A model generated the notes under the pieces. It did no database searches, was not told where the DNA came from, and was given only the letters and a program-made list of their open reading frames with translations. Source: Rhodospirillales bacterium (GTDB taxonomy: Bacteria; Pseudomonadota; Alphaproteobacteria; Bin95). From it: a DNA stretch of 64,000 nucleotides. The translations under genes and the position numbers were made by a program. Of the stretch, positions 33,257-44,175 are shown one piece after another. The stretch is from assembly GCA_038143065.1 (NCBI GenBank), contig JAYQLI010000035.1, positions 416,001-480,000 of the forward strand. The letters are read 5' to 3'. Position 1 is the stretch's first letter. Every line of letters begins with the position of its first letter.

Positions 33257-34542
33257 GTGCTGGTTTACAGACTTCAGGCCCAGGGGTGGATGCATTTCGC
33301 ACTGCTTTTCGCCAGCCCTCTGAGGAACCTCTATGGCTATCCCAATTTAGGCTTTCTCAAACAGAACAATTTTCACACTCAGGTTTGCCAACTACGAAGG
33401 ATGAAGGTTGGAAATACACTAGTTTGAGACCTCTGGCTCGAGCAAAATATCAGATCGTTGAAGCCTGTGAGGGAGGTTCTGTATCGCCTGTCTTGGAAGG
33501 GGCTGCGCAAGCGGTCTTCGTCAACGGTTATTTTAGAGCAGAGGCGTCAGATATCTCTGGTCTTGAGCAGTTTCTTGGGCCGTTCAATGGTTTCTTAAAA
33601 GAGCCGTGGTTGGAAGCCTTAATCACAGACACGTCCTTTAAATATCAAACGATGTACTCCTTAAACGCCGCCGCTTTTAACGATGGGTTTGCGTTGAAAC
33701 TGGGGGCGGAGCAACAGCTTCCAAGGCCTCTTGAGCTTGTTTTTCTCTCAGTTCCTGGTGATGTGCCAGGGATGTGGCATCCGCGCGTTGCTATTGAGCT
33801 TGGTGCGAACGCTTCGGCGACTGTCATTGAGCGCCATCTATCAATTGGGGAGGGGGCTTATTTAGCAAATCATGCTGCCGACATACGGGTAGGTAAAAAT
33901 GCTCGGTTAGTGCATGTTAAGATACAAGACGAAGGATCTGATGGGCGACATCTTTCGATGACGCGGGTAAAAGTTGGAGAGAAATCTTTATATGATGGTT
34001 TTACCCTAACTTTAGGCGGGGCTTTAAGTCGTAGCGAGACGGAGGCACGCATTGAGGGAGTGGGAGCTGAAGTTCGCTTAAACGGCGCATACTCTATTAC
34101 CGGTAAACAGCATGCTGATCACACCAGTCGTATTAACCATTTAGCTCAAGGTACTAGATCACGCCAAGTTTATGCAGGCGCGATAGATGGAAATGGCCGC
34201 GGCGTTTTTCAAGGCCATATTGTTGTTGAACAGGCAGCGCAGCAAACTGATGGCTACCAGATGAATAGAGCTCTGCTTTTATCTGATACCGCAGAAATTG
34301 ATTCTAAGCCCACTCTCGAGATTTATGCTGACGATGTAAAATGTAGTCATGGCGCAACAGCGGGCGATATTGATGAAGACCACCTGTTTTACTTAAGGGC
34401 GCGGGGTATTCCAGCACCAGCTGCTCGAAGTCTTGTTGTGCGCGGGTTTTTAGCCGATCCCGTTGAAAATATTTCTGACGATGATGCGAGGGCAACTGTT
34501 CTCGATGTACTCGATGCTCATCTCGGATTGGAACGCTTATGA
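33253..34542 (+). CDS. sufD: Fe-S assembly protein SufD
   Basis: E.WKYT, KPTLEIYADDVKCSHGAT and LFYLRARGI motifs. Confidence 0.95.
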   Translation: MSAGLQTSGPGVDAFRTAFRQPSEEPLWLSQFRLSQTEQFSHSGLPTTKDEGWKYTSLRPLARAKYQIVEACEGGSVSPVLEGAAQAVFVNGYFRAEASDISGLEQFLGPFNGFLKEPWLEALITDTSFKYQTMYSLNAAAFNDGFALKLGAEQQLPRPLELVFLSVPGDVPGMWHPRVAIELGANASATVIERHLSIGEGAYLANHAADIRVGKNARLVHVKIQDEGSDGRHLSMTRVKVGEKSLYDGFTLTLGGALSRSETEARIEGVGAEVRLNGAYSITGKQHADHTSRINHLAQGTRSRQVYAGAIDGNGRGVFQGHIVVEQAAQQTDGYQMNRALLLSDTAEIDSKPTLEIYADDVKCSHGATAGDIDEDHLFYLRARGIPAPAARSLVVRGFLADPVENISDDDARATVLDVLDAHLGLERL

Positions 34543-35783
34543 TTAATCCTGAAAAGATTTCAAAAACTAATTTTAACGTTGACGCTATTCGCGCTGATTT
34601 TCCAATTTTGCATCAACAGATGAATGGTCATGACCTCGTATTTTTAGATACAGGGGCAAGCGCTCAGAAGCCAAAACAGGTTATTGAGGCCATGGTGAGC
34701 GTGATGCAGAAAGATTACGCTAATGTTCATAGGGGGGTTTATTCACTATCTCAGCGGTCCACAGACCTTTTCGAAGCTTCGCGAGAGAAGGTTGCGCGCT
34801 TCATAAATGCGCCGAATGAGGATTCTGTGGTATTTACCCGAGGGGCTACCGAGGCGATAAATCTGGTAGCTTTCTCGTATGGGCAAAGAATAGGCCCCGG
34901 TGACGAAATCTTAACAACCGAAATTGAGCATCATTCCAATATTGTCCCTTGGCAAATGATTGCTGAACGCCAAGGAGCCAAGGTTGTTTTCGCGCCAATT
35001 ACAGATGATGGCGAATTAGATATGGAGGCGGTAAGAGCCCTTATTACAAATCGGACCAAGATTGTTGCCGCGGCCCATGTTTCCAACACAATGGGTACTG
35101 TTTTAGCGATAAAGGAACTAGCAGAACTAGCTCATAGGGTAGGGGCAGTAATGATTGCGGATGGATGTCAGGCAGCTCCGCACTTACCCGTCGATGTACA
35201 AGATCTCAACGTCGATTTCTATGCTTTTTCTAGTCATAAAGTTTATGGCCCGACTGGAATTGGAGTTTTGTATGGGCGTCCTGAGATCTTGAAAGATATG
35301 CCTCCATACCAAGGAGGTGGCGAAATGATCGAAACAGTCGAAAAGACTGGTTCTACCTTTAAGTTGCCGCCACATCGCTTTGAGGCTGGTACCCCTGCAA
35401 TTGTAGAGGCCGTTGGATTTGGAGCGGCAATTGACTATGTTACGTCGGTTGGCATTGAGGCAGCTGGAGCGCATGAAACGGAAGTTTGTGCTCATGCTGA
35501 AAAACTTCTTCGTTCAATGCCAGAAGTTGAAATTTTAGGGCGGCCAAATTCTAAAACATCGGTTTTATCCTTCAATGTTAAAGGTGCACACGCTCACGAT
35601 GTTGGGACGATCTTGGATCAACAGGGTGTTGCTATTCGTGCTGGTCAACATTGCGCTCAAACTGTAATGGATCGATTTGGTCTACATGCGACAGCAAGGG
35701 CAAGTTTTGGGATGTACAATACCTTGGCTGAAGCTGAAGCATTAGCGAGAGCTGTCTCCAAAACAATTGAAATTTTTGGGTGA
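34539..35783 (+). CDS. sufS: Cysteine desulfurase SufS
   Basis: ANVHRG, EHHSN, SSHKVYGPTG, FEAGTP and RAGQHCA motifs. Confidence 0.95.
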   Translation: MINPEKISKTNFNVDAIRADFPILHQQMNGHDLVFLDTGASAQKPKQVIEAMVSVMQKDYANVHRGVYSLSQRSTDLFEASREKVARFINAPNEDSVVFTRGATEAINLVAFSYGQRIGPGDEILTTEIEHHSNIVPWQMIAERQGAKVVFAPITDDGELDMEAVRALITNRTKIVAAAHVSNTMGTVLAIKELAELAHRVGAVMIADGCQAAPHLPVDVQDLNVDFYAFSSHKVYGPTGIGVLYGRPEILKDMPPYQGGGEMIETVEKTGSTFKLPPHRFEAGTPAIVEAVGFGAAIDYVTSVGIEAAGAHETEVCAHAEKLLRSMPEVEILGRPNSKTSVLSFNVKGAHAHDVGTILDQQGVAIRAGQHCAQTVMDRFGLHATARASFGMYNTLAEAEALARAVSKTIEIFG

Positions 35784-35793
35784 GTTCAAACCA

Positions 35794-36219
35794 ATGAGTG
35801 ACCGTATGGATAGACCGTTTCCCATGTTTCATGACATGGATATCCCAGGCGTCGGAAGCGATCCTTCGGAGTTTAGAGCTAACCGAGGGGCACCTCTGCC
35901 AGAGGGACGGCCCGTTGGCAGCAGAGATGACGCTATTGCAGCCTTAAAAACAGTTTATGATCCTGAAATTCCTGTCGATATATGGGAATTAGGGCTCATT
36001 TATGAGATCGATATTGATGAAGCTACTGGTGGGGTAAATATTGAGATGACTCTCACTGCTCCTGGGTGTCCAGTGGCTGGTGAAATGCCAGGTATGGTAG
36101 CAGACGCACTTGTAGCTGTTCCGGGTTTCGGTGAAATCGAAGTTACTTTAACATTCGACCCGCCATGGACAGCAGAACTTATGTCCGATGAAGCTCGGGT
36201 TGCCCTTGATTGGTTCTAA
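35794..36219 (+). CDS. sufT: SufT/DUF59 Fe-S assembly protein
   Basis: YDPEIPVDIWELGLIY, TLTAPGCPVA and FDPPW motifs. Confidence 0.9.
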   Translation: MSDRMDRPFPMFHDMDIPGVGSDPSEFRANRGAPLPEGRPVGSRDDAIAALKTVYDPEIPVDIWELGLIYEIDIDEATGGVNIEMTLTAPGCPVAGEMPGMVADALVAVPGFGEIEVTLTFDPPWTAELMSDEARVALDWF

Positions 36220-36233
36220 AAGGTTATAGTCGT

Positions 36234-36611
36234 ATGAACGAACGTCCCCCAATGATTTCTCTTACCGAGACTGCTGTAGCGCGTGTAAAGGAGCTTGTGT
36301 CCCAAAGTTCAGAACCGGTTCTTGGGCTCCGAATTGGGGTTTCAGCCCGCGGATGCTCGGGACTATCGTACTCTGTTGAGTATGCCTCTGAGGCAAAGCG
36401 CTTTGAAGAAATAATAGAGCAGGATGGAGTTAAAGTATTAATCGATCCCGCTGCAGTAATGTTCTTAATTGGGTCTGTTGTTGACTATGAGGAGAGTAAA
36501 TTCACTTCTGGCTTTACATTTAATAACCCAAACGCTGTGGGTGCCTGCGGATGTGGCGAAAGTTTTTACGTTGAAAAAGAGCAACTATCGAGTCAGACTA
36601 GCAAATCTTAA
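36234..36611 (+). CDS. sufA: A-type Fe-S carrier (SufA/IscA)
   Basis: GCSGLSY and NPN...CGCGESF motifs. Confidence 0.9.
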   Translation: MNERPPMISLTETAVARVKELVSQSSEPVLGLRIGVSARGCSGLSYSVEYASEAKRFEEIIEQDGVKVLIDPAAVMFLIGSVVDYEESKFTSGFTFNNPNAVGACGCGESFYVEKEQLSSQTSKS

Positions 36612-36630
36612 AACATAAAGTGTTTAATTA

Positions 36631-37836
36631 TTATACTGTTCCTCGGGCCAGCGCTTCCGCTTCCTCAGGTGTGTATCCAAGTTCACCGAATATCTCTGTT
36701 TGATCTGCCGCAAGGGATGGAGCAGGTTCCGCTCTGGGTTTGTTATCGGGCTGACGAACTCCAGTGCCGATCGATTTTATGCTAAGACCGTTCGAAGTTT
36801 TGTATTGGATTATCTGACCAGTTGTATTCAAAAATTCACTGTCAAGCGCCTGAGCAACATTATTGACAGGTGCTGCGGGAACTGTTCCTGCAAATATTTT
36901 CATCCATTTGGCAGTTGTTTTGGTCGATAATACCTCATCTAACAATTCTGTGATGAGGTCACGGTTACTCAGTCGGTCTGAAAAAGACGCAAATCTTGGG
37001 TCGTTACCCCATTCTGGATGTTCAATGCAGTTGCAGAGAACGGGCCAGAATTTTTCCTTGTTGCACATCAGAAAGATCCAACCATCCTGTGTCTTATATA
37101 GTTGGCTGGGCACTAAATTGGGGTGGGCGGACCGTTTCTCACGTCCAATCATTTCATCGAGATTTAAATACCAAGAACCGGCGTAGCAAAGGTTGGTCAT
37201 AGCTACGTCGTACAAGGAAACATCGAAGTCTCCTCCTTGACCACTCGCTCTTGCCCCTAAAACTCCAGATACCAGTGCTAGGGCTGCCTGAAGGCCGGTC
37301 GAGAGATCAACAATAGATAGCCCCATCCGAGATGGAGGACCACCTTTTTCTCCAGTTACGGAAAGGTATCCACATTCTGCCTGCATTAGAAAATCGTACC
37401 CAGGCCAATCTGCCCTAGGCCCTTCACGTCCATAAGCAGATAGATGCACGCATACGAGGCGAGGATTTACTTTTTTTAGACTCTCGTAAGTAAGTCCCAA
37501 CTTGGCTGGTATGTCTCCCCGAAGATTATTGAAGACAGCATCTGCTGTGGCGGCTAAGCGACGGAGTGCTTCCTGGCCAGATTCAGTTTTTAAATTAAGG
37601 CATGTAGACCGCTTGCCTCGGTTGAAGGATTGAAAAAAGAGACTGTCGCCACTTGGAAGGACTTCATTAGCATGTCTTACATGTCGTCCTACGTCACCTC
37701 CATCAACAGCATTTTCAACTTTGATAACCTCCGCTCCAAGGTCAGCAAGCTGCATGGTACTATGGGGTCCGGCACCATATTGCTCTACTGCAATAATGCG
37801 AATGCCTTTCAATGGTCCACTGGACGGTTTGCTCAT
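36631..37836 (-). CDS. CaiB/BaiF family III CoA-transferase
   Basis: LADLGAEVIKVE, NRGKRS and GYDFLMQAE motifs. Confidence 0.9.
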   Translation of the reverse strand: MSKPSSGPLKGIRIIAVEQYGAGPHSTMQLADLGAEVIKVENAVDGGDVGRHVRHANEVLPSGDSLFFQSFNRGKRSTCLNLKTESGQEALRRLAATADAVFNNLRGDIPAKLGLTYESLKKVNPRLVCVHLSAYGREGPRADWPGYDFLMQAECGYLSVTGEKGGPPSRMGLSIVDLSTGLQAALALVSGVLGARASGQGGDFDVSLYDVAMTNLCYAGSWYLNLDEMIGREKRSAHPNLVPSQLYKTQDGWIFLMCNKEKFWPVLCNCIEHPEWGNDPRFASFSDRLSNRDLITELLDEVLSTKTTAKWMKIFAGTVPAAPVNNVAQALDSEFLNTTGQIIQYKTSNGLSIKSIGTGVRQPDNKPRAEPAPSLAADQTEIFGELGYTPEEAEALARGTV

Positions 37837-39005
37837 ATTGGGTTTCTCTCAATGAGCTGGCGAGCAATTAGAATTTTTTGTAGCTCATTTGTTCCCTCTC
37901 CAATGGTGAGGAGAGGAGCATCACGATAAAAACGTTCAACTGGGAATTCTTTGGAATACCCATAACCGCCATGAACGCGCATTGACTCCATGGAATTGGT
38001 GAGTGCGGCTTCGGTCGCAAAGAGCTTTGCCATTCCAGCTTCCATATCGCAGCGTTCGCCTCGATCAAATGCTTCCGCTGCTGCACGGGTTAGGTGTCTT
38101 GCGGCTTCTACATTGGTAGCCATGTCTGCAAGTTTTATTTGGATTGCTTGATGCTGGGAAATGGGTTTACCAAAGGTCTCACGCTGTTGGCTGTACTTTA
38201 CGGCTTCTTTCATAGCAGCTGATGCCACGCCTACACCGCGAGCAGCAATGTTTATGCGTCCAAGTTCAAGTCCGCCAAGCGCGTGCCGAAGGCCTAGTCC
38301 TTCCTGGCCGCCAATTAACCTATCTGCATGGATCTTGAAGTCTTCGAATACTAATTCAGCGGAATCAATGCCTTTATAACCAAGCTTTTCTAATTTTCGA
38401 GATACGCTAAATCCTTCACCTTTTTCAGCTAAAAATAAGCTTGTGCCTGCGTGTCTAGGCTGTTTCTCTGGGTCAGTTTTTACGAGAAGTGCAAAAACCG
38501 TTCCATGTATACCGTTAGAAATCCAAGTTTTTGTTCCATTAACTACGTAATGATCTCCATCTCTTTTAGCAACTGTTCGAATTGCTTGGAGATCGGTTCC
38601 ACAATTAGGTTCGGTGAGGGCTAGACCTCCACGAATTTCTCCAGTGGCAAACTTAGGCAACCACTCGCGTTTTTGTTCCTCAGTTCCGTGACGAATAACT
38701 GCTGAAGCCATGATTAAGTGAGAATTAAAAATGCCAGACAAGGACATCCAAACTTCAGATACAGTCTCAACAATCTTGGCATAAGTTGTTGTTGGTAAAC
38801 CAAGACCACCATACTCTTGGGGTATAATTGCTCCAAAAAGGCCAAGCGCCTTCATGCCTTCAACCATGTCAACGGGGTATTCATCGGCATGTTCTAAAGC
38901 CATGGCATAAGGACGAACGTCTCTATCTAGAAACTTATTAATGGCTTCTAAAATTTGTCGCTCATCTTCTGCTGTAATTCCATTGTGGGCCGGTGTGGAG
39001 CTCAT
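37833..39005 (-). CDS. Acyl-CoA dehydrogenase
   Basis: ALTEP.CGTD, NGTKTWISN, R.TFGKPI, HGGYGY and IGEGTNE motifs. Confidence 0.93.
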   Translation of the reverse strand: MSSTPAHNGITAEDERQILEAINKFLDRDVRPYAMALEHADEYPVDMVEGMKALGLFGAIIPQEYGGLGLPTTTYAKIVETVSEVWMSLSGIFNSHLIMASAVIRHGTEEQKREWLPKFATGEIRGGLALTEPNCGTDLQAIRTVAKRDGDHYVVNGTKTWISNGIHGTVFALLVKTDPEKQPRHAGTSLFLAEKGEGFSVSRKLEKLGYKGIDSAELVFEDFKIHADRLIGGQEGLGLRHALGGLELGRINIAARGVGVASAAMKEAVKYSQQRETFGKPISQHQAIQIKLADMATNVEAARHLTRAAAEAFDRGERCDMEAGMAKLFATEAALTNSMESMRVHGGYGYSKEFPVERFYRDAPLLTIGEGTNELQKILIARQLIERNPI

Positions 39006-39106
39006 TTTTAATGTTAGCCTTTCCATTCATGCAGCTAAAAAAGGTACCAAGGTTTAGGTTCTTTTTGTGTGAATTTATACTTAAGAATCATAGGTCTAAA
39101 AAATTA

Positions 39107-39131
39107 TAGAACCAGACAAAGCTTGGTTCTA
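39107..39131 (-). terminator. Putative intrinsic terminator after the aminotransferase
   Basis: TAGAACCA...TGGTTCTA inverted repeat followed by a T-rich run on the minus strand. Confidence 0.45.
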
Positions 39132-39141
39132 AAATATTAAG

Positions 39142-40518
39142 CTAATGAGGAATGTCTTCTTCTTGCAAAAGAACAAGAGACTGTCGAAACGCCAAAACTG
39201 TTTCCTCTAATTCTCTGTCTGTATGCGATGCCGAAATAGTGCCTCCCGGCCAACCATTGAAATCAACACCATTTAACAACATTGCCTGTCTTAATTTTTG
39301 TACTACGCCTGGTGCGTTTCCTTTCAATTCCATAAATGGAATGGACAGAGCATTAAAAGTTCCTGGTGATACGGATCGGTTTGCAGGATTTGTAAAAATG
39401 TGAATGGTTGAGTGTTCTCCATAAGCGGCCCAATTTAGTCCGGCTTGGGCAATTTCTTGATTAAGCCTTTGGCGTAAACAAGAACCAAATAAATTAGCCT
39501 TTTCGCATATTCCATCAGTTTCAATTATTTTCAGCGCTGCGATCCCAGCAGCCGCGGCAACCGGGTTTGCGTTGTAGGTTCCTTGGTGGCCTATTTTTTC
39601 GAAACCTTTTGACGCGGCAGCCTCAAAATCTAACAATTCAAATATATCTGCTCTGCCAGCAACTGCGCCGCCTGGTAATCCACCTGCAACAATCTTAGCA
39701 AAGGTTGCTAGATCAGGTGTGACGCCAGCTTCTGCTTGCGCGCCGCCAGGAGAGACACGAAACCCAGTCACAACCTCATCAAAAATTAAAAGTGTGTCTG
39801 CAGATTTTGTTTCATCACGTAAAAAGCTCAGGAAACCTGGTGCTACAGGCACCATTCCTGTTGAAGAACCAGTTGGTTCAAGAATTACAGCAGCAATATC
39901 ATCTGATGAAAGTGCTGCGATCACCCCAGCTTTATCGTTTGGGTCAACTAGTATGACATTTTCCGCTATCCCATTTATGACGCCTGTTGTTGGTGTCCCA
40001 TCAAAATGATTGGCCTGACCTGGGGCCATATGGTCATTCCAACCGTGAAAATGCGTGCGGAAACGCAAGATTTTGGAGCGATTGGTATAAGCTCGCGCTA
40101 AGCGAACGGCCATTAATGTCGCTTCAGTTCCAGATGAAGTGAATCGTACTTTTTCAGCGCATGGAACCATGCGAATGATTTGCTCTGCCCATTCAATCTC
40201 TAACGCATGACTTGCGCCAAAATGTGTACCTTTACCGTAAGCGTTTTGAACTGCAGCTGCCACGCTGGGATGATTGTGGCCAAGGATTAACGCGCCATGG
40301 CCGCCAAAGTAATCAATGTACTCATTGCCATCTACATCCCATTTTCTTGGTCCTTCTGCATGTTCAATGTAAATGCCGTAAGGATTCATATGACGGGAAT
40401 CATGAGTTATTACGCTCGGGAATACATGCTTGGCTTTCGCAGCAAGTGCTGCCGAGCCTTGAGTCTTGCTGCGATATGCTGACTCAATTCTTGAATTAGA
40501 CAAGATTGATGTACTCAT
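39142..40518 (-). CDS. Class III aminotransferase (glutamate-1-semialdehyde aminomutase-like)
   Basis: WDVDGNEYIDY, SSGTEA, FHGW, LIFDEVVTGFR, AKIVAGG and GTYNANP motifs. Confidence 0.88.
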   Translation of the reverse strand: MSTSILSNSRIESAYRSKTQGSAALAAKAKHVFPSVITHDSRHMNPYGIYIEHAEGPRKWDVDGNEYIDYFGGHGALILGHNHPSVAAAVQNAYGKGTHFGASHALEIEWAEQIIRMVPCAEKVRFTSSGTEATLMAVRLARAYTNRSKILRFRTHFHGWNDHMAPGQANHFDGTPTTGVINGIAENVILVDPNDKAGVIAALSSDDIAAVILEPTGSSTGMVPVAPGFLSFLRDETKSADTLLIFDEVVTGFRVSPGGAQAEAGVTPDLATFAKIVAGGLPGGAVAGRADIFELLDFEAAASKGFEKIGHQGTYNANPVAAAAGIAALKIIETDGICEKANLFGSCLRQRLNQEIAQAGLNWAAYGEHSTIHIFTNPANRSVSPGTFNALSIPFMELKGNAPGVVQKLRQAMLLNGVDFNGWPGGTISASHTDRELEETVLAFRQSLVLLQEEDIPH

Positions 40519-40603
40519 GAAGACCTCGCTCTATTCCGTCTCAACCAGATTCAGTAATTAAAAGACATTTCCGGATCATCTTAACCGAAAAACAATCGTT
40601 TTG

Positions 40604-43600
40604 TCAGTTTGGAAATTCGGGAGGTGGCGATGGTGGTGAGGGCTCGTCTTGGGTACTCGTAGGGGCCGGTAAAACATCTCGCAAAATACCAGGGGCAAAA
40701 GTGCTTAGGGTACTGATTGTAAATTCTGGATCTTCCAATGGGCCAAATGCTCTGTAATTTGTGGCAAAAATTCCTTCTTCTCCTGTTCCTGTAACTATTT
40801 GGCGAAGAAGGGGAAGTTGATCAAAAAGAGGTAAGCTATCGATTGTTCGAGTGATTACATAGGCTGGAGATATTGCTCCCTCAATTTCAAAAGTGTCGTT
40901 GCGAATATCAATTTCACCTTTTGCAGAGATTGCTAATGCGTTTCCTTCAGCTCTTCCACTTTTAATTTCTATAAGTCCCAACTTGTATGTACCGTCGAGC
41001 TCCAGGTGGTCAAAACGTATTGCGTCTCCGCCATCAATTATTGAAAGGAGAAGGGTGCCTGTTAATCCTCCAACATTTCGAAGCTCTGATAGTAAGCTGG
41101 TGTCATCGTCTCCAATTAGTTTTCGGATTGCTGTTTTTTTAAAGTCAAATTCATCTGCTTTGAAATTTATTTTTAAATTCGCGTTTTCATTTTCCTCTAT
41201 AGTGAGGAGTGCAGTTCCCGCCTCCGCGGCCGAAGTTATTCCCATGGCATCAAGCAATCGACCAAAGTTACTTGCACTGATTAGGACTGCTGGAGGATTG
41301 CTCGGCAGTGAACTTGCTTTAATAACGCCTCCTTTATAATAGGCTTCAGCATCAAGAAATTTAGGCAGTCTAGGGTCATCCAAGAAAACTACATGCACGT
41401 CATCGATTGAAAAGTTTTCAGAGACCCTCACGCGATCAAGATCAATTTCAATCGTGTGGTCGCCTTCAAAGTTTTCAGGTTTTTTTTCTCTTGATCGATT
41501 TGTTTCTTCATAGAGATCACTGGCCGGTAATCGAAACTTTTTCCCCAAATTCTCGTGCGCTCTTTACCATCTGATGATGCTATAAAATTCATCTTAAGAT
41601 TATGGCCGAGGCCCACTAGCCGGCTAATCTCTGCAACTTTTATTGAGTTATTTTCTTTTTGAAATTCTACTCGTGCAGATAAATCGAAGTCTTGCGAAGA
41701 AAGTTGAATATCTTCCAGTTTCTCAAGTTTACCATTGTTCAGCATCAAAACAGCACGGAAATTACCAGGGACCTTGGGCTCTTTATGATAGCCAAGTTTT
41801 TCTATGGAAACTTCGGAAGGTTCGATATCCGCTTCAATTTTAATCTCCATACGATCATCTTTTGCAGCAATGACATTAAAATTTGTGGGACTTAGGCCCT
41901 TAACCATATCTTTTAAAATGGATGCTTGATCGCTAAGGGCACTCCTAACTTTTTCGTCGAGTAACCAAGTGCCATTAAAAAGACTTTTCTGATTCTTTGA
42001 GTCAAAAGGTATAAAACCGTCAAACTTGATCGGGGCTTCTAATAGTTGGCCTTTCCCCGCTAGTCGCAGGTCATCCTGATTTACTGAAATATTTAATATT
42101 TCAGCAGTTAAATCCCAACCGTTTATGCTTCTAGGAAAAAGACCATTCGATACCTCACCATCCGCAGAAATCGCGACATCACTTAAGGTAAGGTCCTTTT
42201 TTAATGGGAAAGAAATTTTAAGTTCGCCCTTTACCAAGCCATCGGTTTCTTCGGCTTTAACCCCTAACCAACTTGCATATCGAAGAGGATCCGCTTCCAG
42301 AACATGTAATAAATCTGGTATGGGCCCAGTAATATTGCCAACTATGGACAATGCGCTGTTTGCACTTCCGAGTTCAGTAAATTTTAAGTCTATTTTATTG
42401 GAGGTCTGCTCGCTACTGGTGGCCGCATTTACGTGAAGGTCTAGCGTATCACCTTCAAAATACCCGGTGCCACTTACTTCTGTAGCTACAGGCATCGGCT
42501 CCCAGTAACGTACAGTGAGGCTTTCTGCCGAAAAGCTACCTGAAACCTTCGCCGGCTGGTTGTTTGTTTTGCTGATACTGAAGTTACTGTTTGTAACTTT
42601 GCCTAAAGATAGATTTTCTTTCACCCAGAGACGGCCGCCACTTGCTAGGTTCTGAGGCCATATTTTGGATAATTTTTCTACAGGAAAACTTCCGGTTTGA
42701 ATATTTCCCAAGAAACCAAAAAGATTTCCATTTTTTCCAAGTTTTAGATTGGCTTCACCCTGAGCATCTATGCCAGAAATAATTGATTTTACGTCGTAAA
42801 CTAAAATTGAATTAGAATTTGCGTCGAATTGGAGCTTGGCTTCAGTTTCGGTGAATTCGATTTTTTCACTAAATTCTTTTGAATTCGTATATTGGCCATA
42901 TGCTTGAATACGGCTACGTGCAGTCGTCAATTTGTTTTCTGAGATACCGAAATTGAAGTCAGCTTTGATATTTCCACCCAGACCACTTAACTGTTGATTG
43001 TCGACGTCTAGAATGTTGAGAAAATATTGAATATTGCCGCTTTTGACTTGGCCAATAATATCGTAGGTACCTGATTTTTGGGCACTGTTGTTTTGGATGA
43101 TATTAGCTTCCAGAACAACATCAGAAAGTTCTTTGCCCAATTTGAGGCTTTTTACAACTATCTGCCCGGCTCCAAAATCAGCTGATATTTCAGCTGAAGC
43201 ATCACCAACTGCTATTTTTTCTTCCCTCAGGCAGGAATAGATGAGTACTTAGTGTTGAGATGGATGCATTGGCGGTTGAGCCGTTCAAATCCTGGTCAAA
43301 GTCAAATCGCACATCACCTGAGATTTTTCCCGTGAATTCTCCAAGTTTATAATCGAGGAGACGACCTACTTGTGAAACAGAACCTAAGTCATTGTTGTTT
43401 AGACTAACGGTAAAAAAGCCGCCTTTTCCTTTGGATAGAGACACAGTGGCTTTCAGAGGACCTGAAGGAATATCTAGATTTGGGACAATATCTGTCCAAA
43501 ACACTATGTGTTCGGGTGTTAGCGTGAGTCCTAAATTTGTTTTTGCAGAGAATAATTCATCGTTTGTAGTCTCATCAACGACTGTTAACGATGCTTCTTC

Positions 43601-44089
43601 TAAAAGGATTTCTAGCGGGTCGTTTATTTGGATTTTATCGGCAATCCATTCTTTTGCGATGCTAAACAAGTCATAGGATGTTTGCTTTTGTCTAAAGTCA
43701 TTTTTTGATTTCAGAAGGTTTAGCGTTACAGCATTATCTTTGTTCTTGGTAAAAAGTAGTGACGCCTTTTCGATATCTAGTCTTGAAGGTTTGATATCTC
43801 CCTGAAGGAGGGCGGCTAAATCAAGGCGTATTTCGACGCTATCTGCTGATGCAATTGTAAGGCCATTTTCGTTGGCAAAATTTGCTCCAAAACCAACAAG
43901 TGCAGGTCTGTCGCCATAGACTCCCAACCTAAGGCTATTAAAAGACGCCTTGAGTCCGGTACTTGAGTTTATCGACTTTTCTAACTTTGGCTTTAAGAAG
44001 GAGACATCGACTGGACCGCTGCCAATACGCACGGCAATGCCTATCGCCAATACCGCAGCAATAGCTAATGTTCCAACTATTATACGCAA
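40604..44089 (-). CDS. YhdP/AsmA-like (DUF3971) envelope protein; two frameshifts, start uncertain
   Basis: N-terminal TM then GPVD, WP....GR.WV.ENL..G, and the C-terminal G.ISPAY...EGIFA.NY...G...P...LS..APGILR. Divergent from glnE. Confidence 0.8.
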
Positions 44090-44175
44090 AGCGCTAAAGA
44101 TAATATTGTCTCCTTAACGAAACATACCCAATTCGACTCTTCGTTAATCTTACATGATCTATTATCCTGCAGACG

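Noticed and set aside
39142-40518. hemL assignment
   Set aside because: Alphaproteobacteria generally make ALA by the C4 route and the context is catabolic, so it is left as a class III aminotransferase.
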